Assembly: GCA_963695115.1 (NCBI GenBank)
Contig: CAVOFX010000002.1
Span: 70,964 to 134,963, forward strand
Reading direction: 5' to 3'
DNA: 64,000 bases
Source of the DNA: an uncultured Microthrixaceae bacterium
GTDB taxonomy: Bacteria; Actinomycetota; Acidimicrobiia; Acidimicrobiales; CAVOFX01
Shown piece after piece: positions 9,965 to 18,026 of the stretch. The stretch's first letter is position 1, and every line of letters begins with the position of its first letter. The position numbers were made by a program, and so were the translations under genes. The notes beneath the pieces are model-generated. The model saw only the letters and a program-made list of their open reading frames with translations, made no database searches and was not told where the DNA came from.

Positions 9965-10864
9965 ATGGCTGGTCTCTGCGAGGGTCGGGTCTGCATCGTC
10001 ACCGGTGCCGGACGGGGGATCGGGAGGGAGCACGCCCTGATGATGGCGGGCCAGGGCGCCAAGGTCGTGGTGAACGACCTCGGCGGCGAGATGGACGGCA
10101 CCGGATCCTCGACCGGACCTGCCGGCGAGGTGGTGGACGAGATCCGCGCGATGGGCGGGGAGGCGGTGGCCAACGGCGACGACATCTCGAGCTGGGAGGG
10201 AGCCCAGCGCCTCGTGAACACCGCGGTCGAGTCGTTCGGTCGCCTCGACGTGCTGGTCAACAACGCCGGCATCCTCCGCGACCGGATGCTCGTGAACATG
10301 ACCGAGGAGGAGTGGGACGCGGTGATCAAGGTGCACCTCAAGGGCACCTTCGGTCCCACCCGGTGGGCCGCGGCGTACTGGCGGGAGCAGACCAAGGCGG
10401 GGGAGCCGGTCGACGCCCGCGTCATCAACACCAGCTCGCCCTCGGGCATCTACGGCAACGTCGGTCAGACGAACTACGGAGCGGCCAAGGCCGGGATCGC
10501 CGCGTTCACGATCATCTCGGCGATGGAGCTGGGACGGTACGGAGCGACGGTGAACGCCATCGCGCCGGCTGCCCTGACCCGGATGACCGAGGGCCTCGGC
10601 ATGGGCCAGGCCCCCGAGGAGCTGAAGGAGAAGATGTCGCCCCGCCTCATCTCGCCGATCGTCACCTGGTTGGCGAGCGCCGAATCGAAGGACGTCACGG
10701 GGCGCGTGTTCGACGTGAGCGGGATGCGCCTGGCGGTGGCCGAGGGCTGGAGCCGAGGCCCGACCCTCGCGGACCCGCCCGACGACCCCGCCGCGATCGG
10801 TCCGGTCGTGAAGGAGCTGCTGGCCGCCGCTGCCGGCAACGCCAACATGGGCGGCGAGCGCTGA
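9965..10864 (+). CDS. SDR-family oxidoreductase (MFE-2-type 3-hydroxyacyl-CoA dehydrogenase-like)
   Basis: Track ORF of 299 aa. Motifs VCIVTGAGRGIGRE (TGxxxGxG), NNAGI and the catalytic YGAAKAG. Immediately followed by a MaoC hydratase gene. Confidence 0.9.
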   Translation: MAGLCEGRVCIVTGAGRGIGREHALMMAGQGAKVVVNDLGGEMDGTGSSTGPAGEVVDEIRAMGGEAVANGDDISSWEGAQRLVNTAVESFGRLDVLVNNAGILRDRMLVNMTEEEWDAVIKVHLKGTFGPTRWAAAYWREQTKAGEPVDARVINTSSPSGIYGNVGQTNYGAAKAGIAAFTIISAMELGRYGATVNAIAPAALTRMTEGLGMGQAPEELKEKMSPRLISPIVTWLASAESKDVTGRVFDVSGMRLAVAEGWSRGPTLADPPDDPAAIGPVVKELLAAAAGNANMGGER

Positions 10865-10897
10865 ACGACCCGAGACGCCTGATCAAGGAGGAGAGCC

Positions 10898-11752
10898 ATG
10901 CCCATCAACCCTGACGCCGTCGGCACGAGGAGCGAGCCCGCCGACCACTCCTGGGACCACAAGGACTGCATCCTCTACGCGCTGGGCGTGGGTGCCGGGG
11001 TGGAGGAGCGCGCGTTCACCACCGAGAACTCGATGAACGTCCAGCAGAAGGTGCTGCCGACGATGGCGGTGGTGCTCGGCGTGGGCGGGTTCGGGGCGAT
11101 GGCGAGCATCGGCACCTTCAACATGGCGATGCTGGTGCACGGCGAGCAGGGAATCGAGCTCTTCGGCGAGATACCGACAGAGGGCACGGTGACGACCACC
11201 TCCGAGGTCACCGCGATCTACGACAAGGGCAAGGGCGCGGTGGCCGAGATCACCTCGGAGTCGGTGCTGAAGGCCACCGGCGAGCTGCTCTTCAAGAACC
11301 GCCTCCAGGCGTACATCAGGGGCGAAGGCGGCTGGGGAGGCGAACGCGGTCCGTCCGGCCCGAAGAACCCGCCTCCGGATCGCGATCCCGACGACTCGAT
11401 CACCTACAGCACCAGCCGGGACCAGGCTCTGCTGTACCGCCTCTCCGGTGACCGGAACCCTCTGCACTCCGATCCCGACTTCGCCCAGCTGGGCGGCTTC
11501 GACGCGCCGATCCTCCACGGGCTGTGCACCTACGGGTTCACGGGCCGGGGGCTGCTGCACACGCTCTGCGACGGTGACGCCGCGCGGTTCAAGAGCATGG
11601 ACTGCCGGTTCTCCTCGCCCGTGTGGCCAGGTGAGGACCTCACCGTCAACATCTGGGTGGACGGGAACGAGTGCATCTTCCAGACGACGGCCACCGGCGT
11701 TGGCGAGCCCGGTCGTGTCGTCATCGACGGGGGGAAGTTCACCTTCGCCTGA
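10898..11752 (+). CDS. MaoC-like (R)-specific enoyl-CoA hydratase, double hotdog
   Basis: Track ORF of 284 aa. Hydratase-2 motif YRLSGDRNPLHSDPDFAQLGGFDAPILHGLCTYG in the C-terminal half. Confidence 0.85.
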   Translation: MPINPDAVGTRSEPADHSWDHKDCILYALGVGAGVEERAFTTENSMNVQQKVLPTMAVVLGVGGFGAMASIGTFNMAMLVHGEQGIELFGEIPTEGTVTTTSEVTAIYDKGKGAVAEITSESVLKATGELLFKNRLQAYIRGEGGWGGERGPSGPKNPPPDRDPDDSITYSTSRDQALLYRLSGDRNPLHSDPDFAQLGGFDAPILHGLCTYGFTGRGLLHTLCDGDAARFKSMDCRFSSPVWPGEDLTVNIWVDGNECIFQTTATGVGEPGRVVIDGGKFTFA

Positions 11753-11836
11753 GCCCGCTCCCGAGGTGTCGGAGCCGAGTCACGACAGCTCCGTGCCGCG
11801 GAGCGAGCTGGTTACCCTGAGCCCGGGATGCCCCAG

Positions 11837-13477
11837 TCAGTCGCGGCCGCGGCGACGTACGCCACGCCGTCGGTGGTCACGGCGCTCCTGCATGCGGCCA
11901 CGGATCACCGCTCGCCGCTCGAGCAGGTCCTCGTAGGTGAGGCTCTCCACCTCGCTGGGGTCCACGCCGAAGCTGGCCTTCATCCCCTCGAAGTCGAACT
12001 CGATCTCCTCCTGCTCCAGGCCGATGTCGGCAGCGATGCGGTCGCCGTGGGTCTCGGCGAAGTAGAGGGAGATGTTCGCGATCTCGGCGAAGAGATCCAG
12101 CCTCGGAGCCAGGGAGGCGATCGCCCCGTCGAGGAAGACCATGTTCTTCACGAAGAGCATGAGCTCCTTCGGGAAGCGGGCGCCGTAGCCCAACAGGGCC
12201 TTCACGAACTGCTGGATCTCGTTGGTGATCTCGTCCGCCGTCATCTTGGTGGGGTCGGGGGGCGGACGTCCCAGGTCGAGCTCGCTGATCATGGCGTCCA
12301 GATCGGTGTCAGCGGGAAGGGCACCGAGGTCGCGGAAGGCTTCGAGCTGGGCTCTGACGTCGTTCATGGTCGCCCCGACCAGCATGCGCAGGAACGCGAG
12401 GCGCTTGGCCTCGTCCAGGCGACCCGTGATTCCGTAGTCGAGCAGGCCGATCCGGCCGTCTCGCAGGATGAAGAGGTTGCCGCCGTGGAGGTCGCCGTGG
12501 AAGATGCCGTGCATCATCGCCCCCTCCAGGAAGCCCACCATCCCGGTGCGGACGATGTCCTCACCGCTGATGCCGGCGGCTTCGATGCTCGAGACGTCGT
12601 CGAACGCGAAGCCCTCCAGCCTCTCCATCACGAGGACGCGCGGCGTCACGAGGGTGGGGTGGGGTCGCGGCACCACGTAGCCACGTTGACCCAGGAGAGC
12701 GAAGGCCCGGGCGATGTCGAGCATGTTCTGGGCCTCGAGGCGGAAGTCGAGCTCCTCCGCGATCGTCTCGCCGAACAGCTCGACCAGCGCCGGTGGGTTG
12801 GCCAACGCCGCGGTGCGGATGCGGCCGACCAGGAACGGGGCGAGCCAGGCCAGGATCTTGATGTCCTGGTGGACCAGCTGCCGAACGCTCGGACGCTGGA
12901 CCTTGACCACCACCTCCTCCCCGGTCCGCAGCTCGGCCCGGTGGACCTGCGCGATGGAGGCCGCCGCGATCGGCTCGCGCTCGAACGCGGTGAACACGGA
13001 CTCGAGCGGTTGGGAGAGATCCTCCTCGACCACCTGTCGTACCGCCGAGAACGGCTCGGGGGGCACCTGGTCCCTGCACTTCTTGAACTCGGTGACCAGC
13101 TCCTCGGGGAAGATCCCCTCTCCGGAGGAGATGATCTGGCCCAGCTTGATGTAGGTGGGTCCGAGGGTCTCCGCCGCCTCGCGGAGCCGGCGCGACACGC
13201 CCAGCCGGGACGTGTGACCGCCGCGGGGACGCTCGATCACCGCCCACAGCCCGACCGCGGCGCCCAGGTGCCGCACGACCCTGACGACCCGGACCCCGGG
13301 CGGGACACGCCGGGGTCTGATCAGGTCGGGTATCTGGCGCTGCGTCTCCCTGCGGAGCGCAGGCACGGACGGCAGCCAGGTGATCTCCTCGAGCCGGAGC
13401 TCCCACGGGGGCGTCTCGGTGAACGAACCCAGGTCCCAGTCGGCCGGGTGCTCGGAGGTGCTCTCTGAGCCGGTCAT
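11837..13477 (-). CDS. ABC1/UbiB-family atypical kinase (intact)
   Basis: Track ORF 11837..13654 trimmed to MTGSESTSEH. Motifs YIKLGQIISSGEGIFPEE, EREPIAAASIAQVHRAELRTGEEVVVKVQRP, EELDFRLEAQNM, GIFHGDLHGGNLF and LLDYGITGRL. Confidence 0.9.
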   Translation of the reverse strand: MTGSESTSEHPADWDLGSFTETPPWELRLEEITWLPSVPALRRETQRQIPDLIRPRRVPPGVRVVRVVRHLGAAVGLWAVIERPRGGHTSRLGVSRRLREAAETLGPTYIKLGQIISSGEGIFPEELVTEFKKCRDQVPPEPFSAVRQVVEEDLSQPLESVFTAFEREPIAAASIAQVHRAELRTGEEVVVKVQRPSVRQLVHQDIKILAWLAPFLVGRIRTAALANPPALVELFGETIAEELDFRLEAQNMLDIARAFALLGQRGYVVPRPHPTLVTPRVLVMERLEGFAFDDVSSIEAAGISGEDIVRTGMVGFLEGAMMHGIFHGDLHGGNLFILRDGRIGLLDYGITGRLDEAKRLAFLRMLVGATMNDVRAQLEAFRDLGALPADTDLDAMISELDLGRPPPDPTKMTADEITNEIQQFVKALLGYGARFPKELMLFVKNMVFLDGAIASLAPRLDLFAEIANISLYFAETHGDRIAADIGLEQEEIEFDFEGMKASFGVDPSEVESLTYEDLLERRAVIRGRMQERRDHRRRGVRRRGRD

Positions 13478-13492
13478 GACCCCAACTGTAGG

Positions 13493-14674
13493 GTGCAGCG
13501 CGTGCTGTCGGAGCTCCGGGTCGTCGAGCTGGGTGTGTGGGTGGCGGGGCCCAGCGTGGGCGGGTTGCTGGCCGACTGGGGAGCCGCCGTGGTGAAGGTG
13601 GAGCCACCGGCAGGTGATCCTGCGCGGCGGATGCTCGAGGTGGTGATCGGCCACGGTGAGCCCCAGTCACCGCCTTTCGACCTCGACAACCGGGGAAAGC
13701 GCAGCGTGGTGCTCGATCTCACGACCGACCTCGGAGCGGAGGCGATGCGCCGCTTGCTCCTGAGAGCCGACGTCTTCGTGACGAACCTGCGACCGGAGGC
13801 GGTCGACCGTCTCGGGCTCGGACCGGAGACCGTGACGGCGATGAACCAGCGGCTCGTGTACGCGAGCGTGACCGGCTACGGCCGCTCAGGACCGGACGCG
13901 GCGCGGCCGGGCTACGACGTGGGGGCGTTCTGGGCCCGCAGCGGGATCGCCTCGGCGACGGCACCGGAGGGCACTCCGCCGCCGGCGATCCGCGGCGGCC
14001 TCGGCGACCACGTCACCGGTCTGGCGACTGCTGCCGGCATCCTCGCCGCGCTGCTCGACCGTGAACGAACCGGATCGGGTCAGGTGGTGGAGGCGTCGTT
14101 GCTGCGGACGGGCATGTACTGCCTGGGATGGGACCTGGGACTGCAGCTGCGCCTGGGCAAGGTGGCGGCCACGAGACCGCGCACACGGGAGATCAACCCG
14201 ATGGTGAACTCGTACCAGGCGGGGGACGGGCGTTGGTTCTGGCTCCTCGGGGTCGAGTCCCAGCGCCACTTCCCCCGCCTGTGCGAGGCCATCGGGCGAC
14301 CCGAGCTGGCGGAGGACGAGCGCTTCGCGAGCGCTCGGGACAGGCGACACAACTCCGCTGATCTGGTCGCGCTGCTCGACGAGGTGTTCGCCGGACGGAC
14401 GAGGTCGGAGTGGACGGATGTCTTCGACGAGCACGACGTGTGGTGGGCCCCGGTGAACTCGATCGCGGACGTGGTCGAGGATCCCCAGTCGGTGGCGGCC
14501 GGTGCCCTCGTCGAGGTGCCAGGAGGCGAAGGTGCTCCATCTCACCGAGCCGTCGCCACGCCGATATCGTTCAGCCGCATCGAAACCGGGCCGTCGGGCC
14601 CCGTGCCTGCGCTCGGCGAGCACACCGGTGAGGTGCTGGCGGAGCTCGGCCTCTCAGTCGACGATGAGGCCTGA
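13493..14674 (+). CDS. CaiB/BaiF family-III CoA-transferase
   Basis: Track ORF of 393 aa. LRVVELGVWVAGPSVGGLLADWGAAVVKVEPPAGDP...LDLDNRGKRSVVLDL...ADVFVTNLRP is typical of the family. A GTG at 13502 is an alternative start. Confidence 0.88.
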   Translation: MQRVLSELRVVELGVWVAGPSVGGLLADWGAAVVKVEPPAGDPARRMLEVVIGHGEPQSPPFDLDNRGKRSVVLDLTTDLGAEAMRRLLLRADVFVTNLRPEAVDRLGLGPETVTAMNQRLVYASVTGYGRSGPDAARPGYDVGAFWARSGIASATAPEGTPPPAIRGGLGDHVTGLATAAGILAALLDRERTGSGQVVEASLLRTGMYCLGWDLGLQLRLGKVAATRPRTREINPMVNSYQAGDGRWFWLLGVESQRHFPRLCEAIGRPELAEDERFASARDRRHNSADLVALLDEVFAGRTRSEWTDVFDEHDVWWAPVNSIADVVEDPQSVAAGALVEVPGGEGAPSHRAVATPISFSRIETGPSGPVPALGEHTGEVLAELGLSVDDEA

Positions 14675-15416
14675 CAGCAGGTCGAGGACCCGCTCGGCGA
14701 GCTCGGGCCGGCAGATCAGCAGGTCCGGGAGGTACGGGTCCTCGCTGTTGTAGACGAGCGGGGAGCCGTCCAGGCGTGACGTGTGGCAACCCGCAGCGGC
14801 TGCCACCACGACCGGGGCCGCGGAGTCCCACTCGTACTGACCCCCGCCGTGGGCGTAGACGTCCGCGCGTCCCTGCACGACCGCCATGGCCTTCGCGCCG
14901 GCCGAGCCCATCTCGACCAGCTCTCCACCCAGAGCCTCGGCGAGTGCGGTCGCGATCCGGGGCGGACGGCTGCGGCTCACGATCAACCGTACGGGCCCGT
15001 CATGTTGCTCGGCGAGGACGGGCGGGCTCTCGGTGGAGAGCGTCACCCCCTGTGCCGGCAGCGCGACGGCGCCCGCGCGCGGCCGGCCGTCGACGGCGAG
15101 GGCCACGTGCACCGCCCAGTCGTCGCGCGGCACCTCCCCGAACTCCCGGGTCCCGTCGAGAGGGTCGACGATCCAGACCCGCGCGGAGGAGAGCCGTGCA
15201 GGGTCGTCGTGTCCTTCCTCGGAGAGGACGGCGTCCTCGGGAGCCTCACGCGGCGAGCAGTGAAGTGATCAGCTCGTGGCTGGAGCGGTCGCCCTCCGAG
15301 CGCATCCGGGCGGGGTCGGCTCCTTCGCTCTGGAGGCGATCCCTCAGCTCGAGGAGCAGCTCACCCGCCGTGGCTGCTGCTCGGCGGGCCAGGTCGTGGT
15401 CACGGGAGGAGGGCAC
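14654..15416 (-). pseudogene. cysQ: 3'(2'),5'-bisphosphate nucleotidase CysQ / inositol-monophosphatase family, one apparent frameshift near 15245-15255
   Basis: The C-terminal 2/3 is track ORF 14654..15133 plus its in-frame upstream extension (EAPEDAVLSEEGHDDPARLSSARVWIVDPLDGTREFGE...WDSAAPVVVAAAAG). The N-terminal roughly 56 aa were found by own translation in another frame (VPSSRDHDLARRAAATAGELLLELRDRLQSEGADPARMRSEGDRSSHELITSLLAA, then a stop). Confidence 0.75.
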
Positions 15417-15539
15417 CGGGGCACCTTAGAGCGCCCGAGGGCAGGCGGGTGCGCTCCTCTCAGGTGTGCATCCGCGACGGCACGGCGCGGCGAACAGGGG
15501 TAGGCGTGCCCCAGGTGGCCGATGTCGGTCGAGGGGGTG

Positions 15540-15852
15540 TCAGGCTGCGGCGGCGCCGTACGGTTCGCCGGCATGTCGATAGCACTCGCGGTGGTAGTGC
15601 TCGACCCGGTCCCAGGTCCCCCGCACGTACACGTTGCAGATCACCTGCTGGCCCTTCACCTTCGCCTGGAACTTGACGCGCTCTCCGCAGCTCGCGGAGT
15701 AGGCGTCGCTTCCCGCCTCGATGTTGCGGAGCACCGCCCGGCTCTTCCACCGCTTCGCCGCGGTCTTCGCCGCCGACCGACTTCCCGTCGACCGACTTCC
15801 CGCCGACCGACTTCGTGACGGCCGTTCTCTGAGCTTGGCTGGCATGGGTCAA
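15540..15852 (-). CDS. small conserved-looking Cys/His protein with basic N-terminus (hypothetical); N-terminal frame uncertain
   Basis: Track ORF 15540..15845 (101 aa) has the C-terminal core SCGERVKFQAKVKGQQVICNVYVRGTWDRVEHYHRECY. The N-terminal 28 codons have better third-position GC in the overlapping frame of ORF 15460..15852 (MTHASQAQRTAVTKSVGGKSVDGKSVGG). This suggests an indel near 15765-15775. Confidence 0.5.
15771..15818. repeat. 15-bp tandem repeat x3 (CGACCGACTTCCCGY)
   Basis: Read directly. Mirrored in track ORFs as RRPTS x3 (plus strand), KSVGG/KSVDG/KSVGG and SRSAG/SRSTG (minus strand). Confidence 0.85.
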
Positions 15853-15908
15853 GTATCGGTCGTTTGCCCCCGCATGATTAGGGACCCTTCGCCCTTACCC
15901 TGGAAAAG

Positions 15909-16244
15909 TCACTCCCGCCGGGCGGATCGGCGCCCCAGCCGAACCGCCTGACGCACCAGCGAGCGAAGAGCCTCTTCGTCGACGCCAGCTTCCGCAAGGG
16001 CCACCACCCTCTGCTCGATCGCCTCGGCGTCGGCCTCGAACGACTGCGGTGCGCCGCCGCGCTCCTCGTACGCCTCGGGTCTCGTGACCGCGGTGATGAG
16101 GATGAGTCCGAGCGCCGCCACCGCCGTCACCAGCCCGAAGGTGATCGCCGTACCGTTGTTGTCGGCGATGGAGCCCGCGATCATGCCCGCGATCCCCGCT
16201 GCGCAGACCGCGATCACCGCCTGGCGTAAACGGCGCGGCGTCAT
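15909..16244 (-). CDS. small membrane protein (hypothetical)
   Basis: Tail of track ORF 15909..16439 from MTPRRLRQAVIAVCAAGIAGMIAGSIADNNGTAITFGLVTAVAALGLILITAV, giving two TM helices. Its ATG overlaps the ettA stop (TGATG). Confidence 0.55.
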   Translation of the reverse strand: MTPRRLRQAVIAVCAAGIAGMIAGSIADNNGTAITFGLVTAVAALGLILITAVTRPEAYEERGGAPQSFEADAEAIEQRVVALAEAGVDEEALRSLVRQAVRLGRRSARRE

Positions 16245-17921
16245 CAGCTCCTGCTCAGCGGCTTGTACCTGATCCGGTGAGGGTGGTCGGCCTCGGGGCC
16301 CAGCTCTCGCCGCCTCCACGACTCGTACTCGCTGAAGTTCCCCTCGAACCAGCGGACCTGCGAATCGCCTTCGAAGGCGAGGATGTGAGTGGCCACCCGG
16401 TCGAGGAACCAGCGGTCGTGGCTGATGACCACAGCACAACCGGCGAAGGCATCGAGCGCGTCCTCCAGGGCCCGGAGGGTGTCGACGTCGAGGTCGTTGG
16501 TCGGCTCGTCCAGCAGCAGGACGTTGGCTCCGCTCTTCAGCACCTTGGCCAGGTGCAGGCGGTTCCTCTCACCGCCCGAGAGGACCCCGACTGGCTTCTG
16601 TTGGTCTGATCCCTTGAAGTTGAAGGACGCGACGTAGCTGCGGCTGTTGACCTGCCGCCCACCGAGGTCGAGGGTGTCGAGACCTCCGCTGATCTCCTCG
16701 AACACGGTCTTGGCGTCGTCCAGGACCGCTCGGGACTGGTCCACGTACGCGAGCTCCACCGTCCCACCGATCAGCAGCTCGCCGGCATCAGCCTCTTCGG
16801 CACCCGTGATCATCCTGAAGAAAGTGGTCTTCCCTGCCCCGTTCGGGCCGATGACACCGACGATCCCGGCTGGCGGCAGGCTGAAGGAGAGGTCTTCGAT
16901 GAGCAGGCGATCGCCGTACGCCTTTCGCAGCCCGCTCGCCTCGATGACGACATCGCCGAGCCGAGGGCCGGGCGGGATGAAGATCTGGAGCTCCTCGGCG
17001 CGCTCACGGCTGTTCGCCTCGGAGAGGAGCCTCTCGTAGGCGTTGAGGCGTGCCTTGCCCTTCGCCTGGCGTGCCTTCGGGGCCATGCGCACCCACTCGA
17101 GCTCTCGCTCCAGAGTGCGGTGCCGTGCCGACTCGCTCTTCTCCTCCTGCTCGAGGCGGATCCGCTTCTGGTCGAGCCACGCGCTCGTAGTTGCCCTCGA
17201 ACGGGATGCCGCGTCCTCGATCCAGCTCCAGGATCCAGCCGGCGACGTTGTCCAGGAAGTAGCGATCGTGGGTCACCGCCACGACGGTCCCCGGGTACTC
17301 ACGCAGGTGCCTCTCCAGCCAGGACACCGACTCGGCATCCAGATGGTTGGTCGGCTCGTCGAGCAGGAGCAGGTCGGGACATGAGAGGAGAAGCCGGCAA
17401 AGGGCCACGCGCCGGCGCTCACCTCCCGAGAGGGTCGAGATCTCGGAGTCGGGTGGGGGGAGCCTGAGGGCATCCATGGCGATGTCGATGGTGCGCTTCA
17501 GGTCCCACGCACCCGCAGCCTCGATCTTCGCCTCGAGTGCCGCCTGCTCCTCGCCGAGCTTCTCGAAGTCGGCGTCCGGATCGGACCAGCTCGCCAGCAG
17601 AGCGTCGTACCGTTCGAGGAGAGCGGCTGTCTCGCCGGCCCCCTCCATCACGGTCGACAGGACGTCCTTGCCCTCGTCGAGATCGGGTTCCTGCTCGAGG
17701 AGGCCCACGGAGAAGCCCGGTGCGAGGCGCGCCTCGCCGGTGTGGTCGGGGTCCAACCCAGCCATGATCCGCAGGAGCGAGGACTTCCCGGACCCGTTCG
17801 GTCCGAGCACGCCGATCTTCGCCCCGGGGTAGAAGGAGAGAGAGATGTCCTTCAGGACCTCCCGGTCGGGCGGATGGAACCTCCCCACGCGGTGCATCGT
17901 GAAGATGAACTGCGGTCCCAT
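16244..17921 (-). pseudogene. ettA: ABC-F translational throttle EttA, one apparent frameshift near 17183-17187
   Basis: Track ORF 17004..17921 holds the first ABC domain (MGPQFIFTMHRVGRFHPPDREVLKDISLSFYPGAKIGVLGPNGSGKSSLL...LSGGERRRVALCRLLL...LLLLDEPTNHLD...GIPFEGNY). Track ORF 16244..17092 and its in-frame upstream extension hold the rest (SAWLDQKRIRLEQEEKSESARHRTLERELEWVRMAPKARQAKGKARLNAYERLL...GVIGPNGAGKTT...LSGGERNRLHLAKVL...LLLDEPTNDLD). A single extra base follows the EGNY codons. Confidence 0.85.
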
Positions 17922-17958
17922 GACCGCCAGAGCGTAGGGAGGTCGGATGCAGGGCGCA

Positions 17959-18007
17959 CGTCCCCGAACGGGGGACGCGAAACGCCCCCGCCTCGGGCGG
18001 GGGCGTT
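17959..18007 (-). terminator. two tandem GC-rich hairpins downstream of the NYN-domain gene (candidate intrinsic terminator)
   Basis: CGTCCCC-loop-GGGGACG (about 17959-17977) and a perfect 12-bp stem AACGCCCCCGCC-TCG-GGCGGGGGCGTT (17981-18007). Coordinates were checked against track ORF 17742..18512. There is no clear U-tract. Confidence 0.55.
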
Positions 18008-18026
18008 CGCTTCGACCCGGGGGTCT

